From the NCBI RefSeq assembly GCF_009834535.1, contig NC_045696.1, positions 109,122,001 to 109,186,000 on the forward strand: a stretch of 64,000 bases of DNA, given 5' to 3'. The stretch comes from Camelus ferus (taxonomy: Eukaryota). The notes beneath the pieces were generated by a model. The model had not been told where the DNA came from and did not search any database. It worked only from the letters and a program-made list of their open reading frames with translations. A program made the translations under genes and the position numbers. Below are positions 1-11,722 of this stretch, one piece after another (position 1 is the stretch's first letter; the number at the start of each line of letters is the position of its first letter).

Positions 1-136
1 CCCACCTAATCTGATAAAATTGTAAGCAACTAATCCCTTATTTATTCACGTAGTTCCCCTACCCACTTTCTACCGATCTTTCTACATAAACTAACTAGAG
101 TGGTTTCCATCATCTGTAGCTGAACTCTGGTACAAT

Positions 137-1385
137 GATCAACATTACAAATAATCAAAGAAATGCAAATTAAACCAACAATGACATCATTTCTCATTCA
201 TCAGAATGCAAACATTTATAAAGATTGAAGACTGAGGGGTGGAAAGGGACAGACCGGGATTTCAAAATGCAGAATAGATAAACAAGATTATACTGTATAG
301 CACAGGGAAACATATACAAGATCTTGTGGTAGCTCACAGCGAAAAAGAAATGTGACAATGAATGTATGTTCATGTATAACTGAAAAATTGTGCTCTACAC
401 TGGAATTTGACACAACATTGTAAAATGACTATTACTCAATAAAAGATGTTAAAAAAAAAAGATTGATTGATAAAATTCAATGTTGGTGAGGGTGAGGGCA
501 AGTGGGCATCTCTGGGGGGATGTGTACATTGGAGCAGCCATTTTGAAAAGCAGTTTGATAGTATTTATCCAAATGTGAAATAGGCGTCACATCCAACCCA
601 GCCTTTGACCTCTACACATCTGTCAAAGAGAAATACTAATATAAAAAATACTACATACCACTAAAACATCTCCCATGTATATTAATTGCCTCATTGTGAG
701 TAATGGAAAAATAATAATAAGTATCTGAAATGTCCATCAAAAGGGAAAAGTTACGGAAATTACTGTATGACCATTCTTTGAAATACTCCACAGTAAAGAA
801 GGAGGCAGAGCTCCAAGTACTAATATGGAAAGATCTCAGGCAGCTTTGCAAGTGAAGAACAAATTGCAAAAAAAGCGTGTATAGTATGATCCCATTTACG
901 TTTAAAAATGCATATAACAAAAGTATATGTTCCTATGTAAACATACTTAAGTCTGCAAAAAATCAGACGAAAGTCAGGAAGGACGCAAACCAAGCTTCCC
1001 TGCAGGGTGAGGGGGATGGGCTGAGTAGGGACCAGTCCAGGGCTTTCATTTCTACTCTAATCTTCTGTCTTATTTGAGTGTTTGAATATTTTACAATAAG
1101 AATGTACTCATAAAATTTGTAATACCTAAATTAAAAGGTTAGAAAACACTACAGCAGCAAGATTCAAACTTTCAGATGCCCAGATATTTCACATAAAGAT
1201 TGATGGATTGATCTATCATCTATCCATCCATCCAGAAAGAGAGAGAAAGAAAGAGAGAAAGCAAATACGACGAAATGTAACAGTTGTTGAATCTAGGTGG
1301 AAGGCTATGGGTATTCATCATACTAATCTTTCAACGTTTCTGTATTTTTCAAATTTTTTTCATAATATAAAGTTGGAAATAAAAA
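137..1385 (+). mobile_element. Ancient L1M (L1ME/L1MC-like) 3' fragments
   Basis: Decayed ORF2 C-terminal and 3'UTR motifs (gaaatgcaaattaaaccaacaatg; tgttggtgaggg; gaatctaggtggaaggctatggg). Interrupted by a younger L1 tip; boundaries approximate. Confidence 0.7.
229..457 (+). mobile_element. Young 5'-truncated L1 3' end (camelid type)
   Basis: tatagcacaggg motif, AATAAA 438-443, A-tail; TSD aaagattga at 220-228 and 458-466. Confidence 0.88.
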
Positions 1386-2052
1386 CACATCAAATACACA
1401 TCCTTGGACACACACACACTTTTCCTGCGCAAGCAGATTTTTCCAGATGTGGGAGCAAAGCCTGTGGCTTGCTCAGCTGCAATTATAGCCAAAAAGCATT
1501 GGCAATCCTTCCCTCTGGCTTCTTAGAGCCAGTGTGTCTCACTCTTGTGGCCAGTGTCTTGAGTAGCCTGGAGAGGCCTCGGTGCACACTATCTGGGGTG
1601 ATCAGCTGCCCCCTCCCCAGTCACTCTGCAGGCACAGTCTGGTCCTGGGCTTACTGGGGAGCAGGCACCTGGCAAGGTCTCCTGCAGAGGCAGAGAGCCC
1701 ATGGCCAAGGGCACCTTTAACATCAAATATGCCTCACCCCAGGTGCCTATTTATGGTAGCCCCATGAAGGGCAGAGCTGGTCACTGGCAAGAAGAGGGTT
1801 CGGGGTGGGGGGGGCTCCTTCATGACCACAGGACCCTTCCTTCAGTCCTCCACCTGGTGTTTATTTTCGAGATAGCAATGTGAGGAGAATGGGAAAAAAA
1901 GGAATTGCCAAAAAAAAAAAAAAAAAAGGAACTGGAATTTTAATGAGAACCATCTGGAGTGTTTGCCAAGGGTGTAATGTTTGACTGAAGAAGTAATTCC
2001 TAAGCTTCAACAAGGAAGAGGGAAATGGAGGAAATTGGTATACGGTGCTTAC

Positions 2053-2360
2053 CCCCCAAACTGAGGCCGAACAGAGCCACCTAGAACACGCACATCATAC
2101 CGGACGCGGGGCGTGGGGTTGGGGGCGCGGCGCGCAGGGCTGCGGGGAGGAGGAGAGGGCCTTTCTCCGCTCTGGCGCTCCGCAGAGAGGAGGAATGTGT
2201 CTTCCCTGCCAAGGAGACTTTGAGGGATGGGTTGCGGTGGGCCTTGGGCCAGCGCCTGGAATCTGGGTAACCATGGAAACGGGCCCGCGGGTGACAACAA
2301 ACAGGGGTTGGAATTTCAGCATTCGCAGCCAGGCCGCGGAGGAATGGGAAAGTTCAGGGA
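2053..2360 (-). other. Candidate non-coding first exon (5'UTR) of an unidentified minus-strand gene
   Basis: Minus-strand donor GGG|GTAAGC (GT at 2052-2051) at the island edge; short uORF ATG ATG TGC GTG TTC TAG at 2098-2081. The 5' end (TSS) is a guess. Confidence 0.45.
2267..2280. promoter_or_regulatory. RFX X-box
   Basis: GTAACCATGGAAAC closely matches the palindromic RFX consensus GTTNCCATGGNAAC and lies inside the CpG island. Confidence 0.7.

Positions 2361-2362
<2 letters not shown>

Positions 2363-2399
<37 letters not shown>
2363..2399. repeat. T37 homopolymer
   Basis: Seen directly. Confidence 0.95.
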
Positions 2400-2400
<1 letters not shown>

Positions 2401-4475
2401 GTTGTTTTTAACCCGCGGATGGAGGAGGGAGGGCAAAGGAGGGAGTCGGAATAAATGCTCCCTGTCCAGCGCCCCACCGGAATCACAGGGAGCCAGACTC
2501 GCTCTGAGTCTCTATTTTCACTTGATTCTTTTCATTATTTATAGCCCTGTGCGTTCCACGGAGGATTCCACAAGGTCTGAAGCTGCTCCCGAGGGGTGTC
2601 GGTGCACAGCCGGTTCCCAGTCCTTGCCCCAGCAGGAGACGGGCTGCCGCAAAATCACAGACGCCGAGTGAGGGCAGCGCCCCTCGGCAGGCATCCTCTC
2701 AGTTCAGCCTCACAGCTGCCCGTGGCCAGGTCCCCACCTTACCCAGGCCACGGTACCTGTAATTTTTATTCTGGAACAAATAAATAATTACGGTAGTCCA
2801 CATTTACGAAGAAAAGTAAACTCTTCTATGTGAATCAGCATGCAAACGCCAGCTCTCCCTGTGGCTGAAGAAGTGGGCCTTGACGGGTTTGAAAAGACCT
2901 ATGTGATGGAAGGAAGAAATTTTTACGGAGTTAATAGACAGAAACATTAAAGAAACATGGATCCTAGAATTTTCTTCTCTAAGGCCTTTAGAAATAGAAT
3001 GCCTGGCAGAATACCCGGACAGAAGCAGGGCCTGGGACTGAAGGAACCAGAGAGACACCCACAGCAGGCTCTGTGCTTTGGAGAAACCAAGGCAGAGTCA
3101 GGGGCTGGGACCCCGGGCTCCTGGTGCAAGGTTCTCTTCTTGAAGACATGTCCCAGGAGCTCAGAAACCAGCCCTTGGAGCTCAAAAATGAATTTGGGTG
3201 AAATGACATGCATTTGCAGGGTTAAAACAGGATCCTCTGTTACAAAGCAGAGGATCATTAACTCTGGGATCAGAAAAGGGGGGGAAGATGCTAAATGGAT
3301 TGGAATTCTTTGCAGCTTCACAAATTCGAGATCAGTATGGTGTAAAGTCCTCTGTTTTCACCTTTATGACCACCAACAGTTAAGGAGCCTCTGTTCTGAA
3401 AAGAGAGACTCAACAGTTAAGAATTTAGCAAAGAAAATAGTTTTAAATCAGCAAAGTTACGTAACTTTATAACAGTTTTAAGAAATCATCTTGAAACTTC
3501 ATTAGCAAAAAATGCCCCCTTGAAGAAGCCAGCAGGAAATAAAGGATTGCAAGGAATTTCTGGAAATAGGAGGGTGGTTTTTTTTGTTTGTTTTCAAAGT
3601 GGAAAAAAGAAGTTTTTAAGGAAAAAGGAAGCCCTGACCTACATAAAGATAGGGTTTCAGCGAAACTAATTTGAGATCCAGAGACAAAGTGTTACTCTCT
3701 CAACAGTGTGAGTGCTCAGGCTCTGCTGGCTTTGTGTGGGCTGAGGGAAACAGTGGCTACCTCTGAAAAATGGGCTCAAGAAACAGCTTTACATTAAAGA
3801 CGAAATTTCATGCATAGTAAAGTTACAAATTTGCCTGAGACTGTCCCCTGCTATGTGGAAGTTTACATAGAAACTTACAAATTGTTTCAACACATAATCC
3901 AGGAATCCTTGCTATGTATCCTGAAGTCACTAATTTTCCTCTGAAGCTCTGCCTTATCACTTTTTACCCTGACACCCTTATTTCCCTTATTTAGTCATTA
4001 AAAATGGGAGGAAAGTGTCATTCATTCTCCAAGCAAATGTTTTCAACCACAAACTCTACGCCAATCCCCAAATAAAGTGCTGCTGTCATATCAGATTATT
4101 GCCTCTTGGGCTTAATACCAGAGCTGAGCTTTTAATATTAAAATGCAGAGTCTGCTGTGAATCTATGAGCCTCCCAATAAAACGTTGACAGTTTTCTACC
4201 TTTAAATGCTGTAAGCACTCTGCAAGCTTATAGAGCCACTGCCCATTCTTAATGAGAATCTTCTGTTTATGAATCACGAATTAAACCCCCATAAATGGCT
4301 TTATGTACATGCTCAAAATATGTGGAGCCACAAGAGGTCTGAGTGTGTTCATGTAGGTATGTGTCTGCTCGTGAGAAAGTGTGTGTGGGAGGGAGGGAAG
4401 GAGTAGACACTGCTCTAATTCTTAAAAGCTAGACGGGCAAAGAAAAACCATTTATCTACATCATTACAGAAGTGA

Positions 4476-5635
4476 ACCCAGGCAATAGAAATAAAAGTAA
4501 ACATAAGCCAATGGGACCTAATTAAACTTACAAGCTTCTGCACAGCAAAGGAAACCATAAGCCAAACAAAACCACAACCTACGGAATGGAAGAAAATATT
4601 TGCAAATGATGCAACTGACAAAGGTTTAATTTCCAGAATATATAAACAGCTCATACAACTTAATAACAAAAAAAAAAACAAACAACCCAATCCAAAAATG
4701 GGCAGAAGATCTAAACAAGCAATTCTCCAATGAAGACATACAAATGGCCAATAGACACAAGAAAAAATACTCAATATCCCTAATTATCAGAAAAAGACAA
4801 ATCAAAACTACAGTAAGTTATCGCCTCACACCAGTCAGAATGGCCATTACTAAAAAGTCTCAAATGATAAATGCTGGAGACGGTGTGGAGAAAAGGGAAC
4901 CCTTCTATACTGCTGGTAGAAATGTAGTTTGATGCAGCCATTATGGAAAACAGTATGGAGATTCCTCAAAAAACTAAAAATAGAGTTACCGTAGGATCCA
5001 GCAATCCCACTCCTGGATATATATCTGAAAGGAACTCTAATTCAAAAAGATATATGCACCCCAATGTTCATAGCAGCACTATATGCAATAGCCAAGACAT
5101 GGAAACAACCTAAATGTCCATCGACAGATGACTGGGTAAAGATGTTGTGACCTATTTATACAATGGAATATTACTCAGTGATAAAAAAGAATAGAATAAT
5201 GCAATATGGACCTAGAGATCGTCATTCTAAGTGAAGTAAGCCAGAAAGAGAAGGAAAAACACTGTAATATTACTCATATGTGGAATCTTAAAAAAGAAAA
5301 AAGATAAAAGAGGACACTAATGAACTCATCTACAAAACAGAAACAGACTCGCAGACATAGTAAACAATCTTATGGTTACTGGGGAAAGGGAGTAGGAAGG
5401 GATAAATTTGGGAGTTTGAGATTTGCAAATGTTAACCACTATATATAAAAATAGATTTTGAAAAACCAAGTTTCTTCTGTATAGCACAAGGAAGTATGTT
5501 CAATATCTTGTAATAACCTTTAATGAAAAGGAATATGAAAATGAATATATGTATATATACATGCATGACTGGGACATTGTGCTGTACACCAGAAATTTAC
5601 AGATTGCAACTGACTATACTTCAGTAAAAAAAAAA
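4476..5635 (+). mobile_element. 5'-truncated young L1 (ORF2 C-terminus + 3'UTR)
   Basis: ORF 4744-4932 resembles the L1 ORF2 C-terminus ([16 protein letters not shown]); A-tail; TSD agaagtga at 4468-4475 and 5636-5643. Confidence 0.93.
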
Positions 5636-6440
5636 AGAAGTGAGTGTATCAGACATAAAGATGGGTGAAGCCAGTGCATTTCCAAAGTGTCATTCCTTTA
5701 GCCCTTGAAAAGATTACTCCTTAATGGTAAACCATGGGTGTTTGTTTTCTCAGTGATAACTACACTGCTGCTATTAAATCTCAGTGATTTTTAAAAAGGG
5801 GTTTTACATAGGATTAAAAAAATCACTTTTTATCCTGTTATAAAAAAACCTTTTCTTTTATAAAAATCTTATTTGAAAAATCTTTATCACTCAGCTTTTC
5901 ACGATCTTGGTGATAATTACACTGAAAGGGCCCCACTGCTGTTGGCATGGTGGCCTCCACACCATTCCATCACGATGTACCAGCCTGACTGAGTCAAAAG
6001 GGCCATAGACGAGATCATCTCAGCTCAGGATGCTCAAATAGCTGTCATGAGAAAGTGTTCTCCAGGCAGGATGTCTCCCTCTGACCAACTCCAGATCGTA
6101 CTCATTGAATGAGCAGATGTCTAAGTACCTGATGTGCTCTGAGTGAGGCGTACCCTGCAGACCCTTTCCTGTTCTCTCCCTGGCCTTTATGGGAAGAAGC
6201 AACCAGAAACATTAGCACTATTACTTAGATGTTCTATGTTGTGTGAAATCGAAGAGCATCTCTTCAGTTTTTGTAAAAATGCCTTTGTGAAGCTGGATTT
6301 TTAAAGTGATAACTCTGATGAAAACTATGAACTGAAATATACTGAACTCCAGTTTGTATTGTGCTGTCAATTATAAGCCCAACAAACAAATCTGCATCAA
6401 GGTAATATTCTATATCCAACAAGGAAACCTGCAATATCTG

Positions 6441-7050
6441 TGTATCATTTAGGATGCTTTTGGGCGTAGTCATCTGAAGCTCAATTAATGGAAGCTAAAG
6501 CAAGGGGATTTATTATTTCAGAGTTCAGATCGAGGGATGGTTAATTCCACAGCTAAATGACATCATTCAGAACCCAGGTTCCTGTCCATTTTTAAGGTTC
6601 TTGTGTCCTCCTCAGCTGTCAGCTTGCTCTGCTCATGGTCACAAGATGGTGGCCATGACTTTGGGCAACACATCCTCACATCAGAAGCATAAAACAGTTT
6701 ATCTTTTCCCTCTGGTTCAAGGATGGGCAGATGGCAGAATCAGAGCCAGTGAGAGCTTAGCTGGGAAGGTGGAACAGAGATGAGTATCCCACACACTGGA
6801 TGGATATAGCCATGTGGGCTACTGGCAGCCTTATTGTAACTATGTGGTAAGCGCATATCTGAGAACGATCTGACTGTTCAGATGAGAGAAGAACCAAGCC
6901 AGGAGACAGGGAGGAACAGGATATGAATGTCATTCTGAAGTCACATATGCCCTTGACCTTCTTAGCTACATGAGCTAATAAATTCCTTGTTTGACAGGAC
7001 ATTTCAGGGTTGGTTTTCTGTCACTTGCAACACAGAGACCTCACTCATAC
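6441..7050. mobile_element. Two degraded MaLR (MLT1J/K-like) LTR fragments in opposite orientations
   Basis: 6441-6700 resembles the reverse complement of an MLT1 end (ttaggatgctttt); 6800-7050 ends in gagctaataaattcc...ggttttctgtcacttgcaac. Confidence 0.6.
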
Positions 7051-7134
7051 ACCTTACTTGTCTAACTTCTCCAACCCTAGACTGGTCCTCCAATTTTGTT
7101 TTGCTTTCTAAAAATGTTACTGGTTGGAACATCC

Positions 7135-7510
7135 TATAATATAGCTGGCCAGTACCCATTAAAACTGACAAGATCATGATAAACAAACAAACAAAAAAAG
7201 ACTGAGAAATGGTCTGAGATTGGAGGAGACTGAGACATGGAAACTAAATGCAAAGTGAGATCCTGGGTTGGATCCTGGAACAGAAAAAAGATATTAGTGG
7301 GGGAAAAAAAAACTAGGAAAATCCAAATAAAATCTATAGCTTAGTCCATAATATTGAACCTACGTTAACTTCTTAGTTTTGACAAATGCGCTGTGGTTAG
7401 TAACAGGTTAACATTAGGGGACACTGGGTGAAAGGTATATAGGAACTCTCTGTAGTATGTCTGCAACTTCTCTATGAATCTAAGATTATTCCAAAATAAA
7501 AATTTAAAAA
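7135..7510 (+). mobile_element. L1MC/L1MB-like 3' end
   Basis: ggatcctggaacagaaaaaagatattagtgg...gaactctctgta...ttccaaaataaaa. Confidence 0.8.
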
Positions 7511-7596
7511 ATATATATATTACTAGTCACCAATACTCCAAAGTCTAGTAAACACTGAACTAGTCTGACTTCTTCAAGTCAGACATAAGTATATTA

Positions 7597-7680
7597 AGTC
7601 CCAAAGAGGTTAAGGGACTTGCCCGTTGAACTTGGCAATTCATGTCAAAGCTGAGCCTAGAATCCAGGTCCTATCACCTG
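7597..7680 (-). mobile_element. MIR fragment
   Basis: agaggttaagggacttgccc...ctagaatccagg is the reverse complement of the MIR core. Confidence 0.6.
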
Positions 7681-7735
7681 GACACACAAGTCACACTGCA
7701 GCCAGGGGACCCAGGAACCTTGCTCAAAGGAATTA

Positions 7736-7749
7736 GTTGCCATGGAAAC
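7736..7749. promoter_or_regulatory. RFX X-box (distal)
   Basis: GTTGCCATGGAAAC, consensus match, in non-repeat sequence. Confidence 0.6.
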
Positions 7750-8934
7750 AGCTCTCTTCTCTAAGCACATTAAATTCCTTGCTGCTCTCCACATTAGCTC
7801 TGGACTATTACATTTCAAAGTCCATTTTTCACATTGATAAATTACACCATTATAGCAGTCCAGGAACGAGCTATAACATCATGCAAAAGAAATTTGTACC
7901 AGAAATTTAAACTACCACATGGTCAATGGATTAACATTAACCATAAATAGAAGCCATCACATTCTGTGGTGCCTGCCAATCGCATTCATATGAATTAAGC
8001 ATTTTCTGAAAAGCCATACATACCAAAAAATGTTAATGCAGAATAAACCCAAGCCACAGCATTTCCAAAGACAGATTTTTAAAGGGGCTGTGTCTCAAAT
8101 AACTTAGGTGGGAGTGAACATGGAATTCTGGCAAAAACTATTAGATGGCACAAAAAGTGGTTCTAGCAATGACAGACACTGATACCAAAGACTCATTTGT
8201 CAAGTCTGGATGAAATGTGTTTTATATAATGTGGAGGAAAAAGCAGAATAAGCCCCAGGCCTCCTAGAGCGATCTTCTCTATCATGCTGAATCCCTCTGT
8301 GTAGAATTCAACAATACAGCCTCAGGAAGAGACATTTTAGTAAAAGGGAGATAACCCTGATCCATCTACTTTCTCCCAAACCATACCAATCCCATCCTCC
8401 AGGGTCCCCATCCTGTAAGGCTCCTGCCATCTATACCCTGATACCCAGAGCTGGGCATGGAGTTGCTCACAGATGTTAGTTCCCTCCTCCCCTTTTTGTC
8501 CCCACCCAGTAATTACTCTTCTTCTGTCTTGTGAACACTGACCCTTGGGCAGAGGCCAGGCATCCGCTGGAATGCTGATCACAGAAGGTCAGAACCCAGG
8601 GGAATCTCTGAGGAACACAGACAGAGGTATGCTAATGAGCACCCTTCCCTGTAATTGCTGGTGACTATTGGAATTATCTGATAGAAGTTACGACAGTATT
8701 TCCCCTTCGTTGGCGCAGAGATGATCTGAGAAGCACATCTTGATAGAAGAAAAAGCCATAATTTCCGATGTTGGCTACAGTGTCCCTCATTAGCTAATGG
8801 TTATATGACAGAAGATAAAAAATGATCTTGACAGACAGGAAGAATGGGCCCCAAAGGACAAAATGTAATTTAGGAAGAATGTAGGCAATGCCCTACAGAT
8901 GGGGTCCAAAAAGTGCCTTGCCGAGGGCCAGGAG

Positions 8935-9105
8935 GGAGCATGTGGTGACAGCAATACCAGAGACCCAGGCCTGGGAGTGCAGGTCCCAGCAGAGCCTCTG
9001 ACCAGCTGGCCCTGCTTGGACAAATTACTAGCTTCAGGGAATGCAGTTTTCTCATCTGGAGAATAAGAAACTCAGATGGGATGATCTTTCCCGTACTTCC
9101 CAGAT
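8935..9105 (+). mobile_element. MIR (MIR3/MIRc-like)
   Basis: ttggacaaattact...cagttttctcatctgga...gatgatct. Confidence 0.55.
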
Positions 9106-9199
9106 TTGAAGCAATTTTTGGCCAACAACAGGAGGATGAGTCAGTGAATTATGGTGTGTCCCCGTGACAGAGTATCATGCAGCTGTTACAAGCCCTTTG

Positions 9200-9404
9200 C
9201 GGGGAGGGTATAGCTCAAGTGGTAGACCACATGCTTAGCATGCACGAGGTCCTGGGTTCAATCCCCTGTACCTCCTCCAAATAGAAATCAACGAATAAAC
9301 CTAATTACCTCTGCCCAAAACAATTAAAATTAAAAAATTCAAATATGCATTAAAATTTTAAAAAACCAAAAAAAAAAAAAAAAAACCCAAAACAAAAAAA
9401 TACC
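9200..9404 (+). mobile_element. tRNA-Ala-derived camelid SINE (Vic-1-like)
   Basis: A box tagctcaagtgg, B box ggttcaatcc, long A-rich tail; TSD caagccctttg at 9189-9199 and 9405-9415. Sits within an old L1ME-like fragment. Confidence 0.92.
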
Positions 9405-10677
9405 CAAGCCCTTTGTTTCCCAAAAATATGTAAGGTGAGAAAGTCTTGTGACATGATGTTAAGTTAAAATTAAAAGTAGAATGAAAAACTTTAATATACA
9501 TTATGATTCTAATTTTGCAAAATGGAATAGATGCCTCGGAGGAAAAAAAGGACTAGAAGGAATCACAAAAAGTATAACAGCGTTTGCCATGGGTAGTTAA
9601 TTTTTATTATTCAGAACACTTAGAATTATATTTATTATGACAAAGTTAGTAAATGCTTAATGAAAAATTCCAATAATACACAAGTATATACAGTAAAATG
9701 GAAAATTCCTCCTCTTTTTTCCTCCTACTGCTACTCCCCAGATGTAACCTATATTAACATTGTGAAAGAAATCAGACTTCACCAAGTTGAAGATGAACTT
9801 GCTAGAAGCATCCTTTGTTATGAGGCTAAAATGAGAAAACTAAAAACATAGATGATTTTTATTTAAGAAAATAAAACCTTTAAAACCACTGTAAGCCCTA
9901 GGAAGAGAACTTCAATGAGATAGTAGAATAAAAGTAAGAATGAGGCTAAGAACAAATATAATAATTTTAAGTCCAGGTACTAGTACTTTTATAAATGGTT
10001 TTAATAGAAGTCTAATCATCCATTTTATAATAACCAGTATTGAGTGTTTTTATTAAAGTATTTGAAGCATTTAAGAAAGTCTTATATAATGGATTTGTAA
10101 TTTTAGAATTCAGAATATAATAAATGTTTAGAAGATTAAATAATTTTCTGTAAGTGGGAAAATGGGGAAATTTAATTTGTAAGTCAGGGAGTTTTGATTT
10201 ATAATTGTGTGAATATGTAGAAAAATATGGAGCATTTAAAGTTAATGGAATGTTAATCATTTGATAAATTTGGAACATTGATGAGTGAATCATTAAACAA
10301 AGTGCAGGAGTAGTCATTCTTCTCCGTCTTCGAAAAACCTCAACCATTAAAGAACTGCCTGTGTGCATGCTTGGAGCTCCAGCTGCACTTTGTTGAGAAC
10401 CCCAAAGCATGGGGGTGCGGGAAGTCAGCCTCCATCCCAACCTGCTGATCCTCTGCCTCGGCCAACGTGTGCCTGAATAGGAGACTCAGTCCCAGCTGAC
10501 CACTGATCTCCAGCTGTGACCAGTGGTGTGACAACCTTCAGCTGCGAATGCCCCAACAGCCACAGAGATCTCCAGGGACATCAGGAGCATCAGCTGTGAT
10601 GCCTGATTTCTGGCTCCCAGGACAGGTCTGAATTCTTCTCCACCATGAGGCAGGATGAAACAAGTAAACACAAGTTA

Positions 10678-10766
10678 TGGGTTCAATCCCCAGTACCTCC
10701 ATTAAAAAGAATTAATTAATTAATTTAAAACCTCAATTACCTCCTCCCCCCAAATTTTTTAAAATA
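10678..10766 (+). mobile_element. 5'-truncated Vic-1-like SINE
   Basis: Begins at the B box (tgggttcaatccccagtacctcc); TSD aaacacaagtta 10666-10677 / aaacacatgtta 10767-10778. Confidence 0.85.
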
Positions 10767-10948
10767 AAACACATGTTAATAAGTTGGACACTTCTTGGTT
10801 TATCCTGGCGGGGTAGACCCCAGGAAGAGAGAAAAAGATGAGTTGAGATTGGAAGTTTGAGATCTTTCATTGGAATACTACAAAGAGAGATATGACCTCA
10901 GCTGTACCCCAAGCAAATGCAGTGGGACATTTTGGTTACTTTTAAATC

Positions 10949-11379
10949 TGTGGTTTAGTTGGAATGCTGTTGTTTTGCCCCAAAGCATCTATTCACTTTT
11001 TTCTCCAGGTAGCTGTACCCCAATTCTCTTCTGGGGGACCATTGCTCCTCCATACTCGGTGTATCTGTTCTTAGTGCCATGGTTTCCTACCCCTTCTCTA
11101 CCTGCAGGAATGTGATCAGGACCAGCCAGTCAGAGCATCACTTGTCAACTCTGGAGCCTGGAGCTCCGAGGGCCATCCTATGGGGTGCTAGAATGAACCA
11201 AACACAAAGGAAGGCTAAGCCTGTCAGCTAGACAGGGAGAAACCAGCCCCTGGACCATGACAGTCCTGGACCACTTCCTGGACTTTCCAGTTACTTGAGC
11301 CAATAATTTCTCTTTGGCACTTAAATCTATTTGATTCGGATTTTCAGTCATCTGTTACCCACAGGGTCCTAACTGATAC
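10949..11379 (+). mobile_element. Old MaLR LTR (MLT1J/K/L-like)
   Basis: TG...CA ends; 3' part ggactttccagttacttgagccaataa...gtcctaactgataca. Confidence 0.7.
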
Positions 11380-11549
11380 AAGCATAGCTGAGTGCTCGGA
11401 AGGATCAGGAAATTCCACCAGGGAGAGCAGCTGAGAAAGTGGCAATGTAATCCTGAGAAGAGGAGGCTCCAAGACTACATGGTAACTCTTCAAATGCCAT
11501 GTCAATGGATGTTACTGGAAGATATATGTCCATTCAGCAAGTAGATGAG

Positions 11550-11722
11550 TTTTCTAATAACCAAGGCTGTCTAACAAAGGGATCAGCTCCTTCAGATGGA
11601 GGTGAGCTCCTTATCAAAGAAACAATGCAGTCAATGATGGTTGGCCTCTTGACAATGATGTTGGTGCTGAGATCCTTCACTGAGTGGGAATCATGAATCT
11701 CAAATGACTCTTCTGACTCTAG
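11550..11722 (+). mobile_element. Possible L3/CR1 3' fragment
   Basis: gaggtgagctccttatca...gaggct-like and tcttctgactctag motifs; highly diverged. Confidence 0.35.

Larger units (their letters stand above)
2045..2700. promoter_or_regulatory. CpG island / probable promoter
   Basis: Dense CpG and GC-rich sequence (cggacgcggggcgtggggttgggggcgcggcgcgc) in a CpG-depleted background; repeat-free; contains an X-box and a splice donor. Confidence 0.75.

Noticed and set aside
2045..3472. Long ORFs 2045-2671 (208 aa) and 2957-3472 (171 aa)
   Set aside because: No recognisable homology; the first runs through the T37 tract as poly-Phe; expected by chance in GC-rich DNA.
4415..4932. ORFs as host genes
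   Set aside because: Sense and antisense readings of L1 ORF2. The same applies to ORFs at 21.4-24.9, 52.5-53.2 and 62.2 kb.
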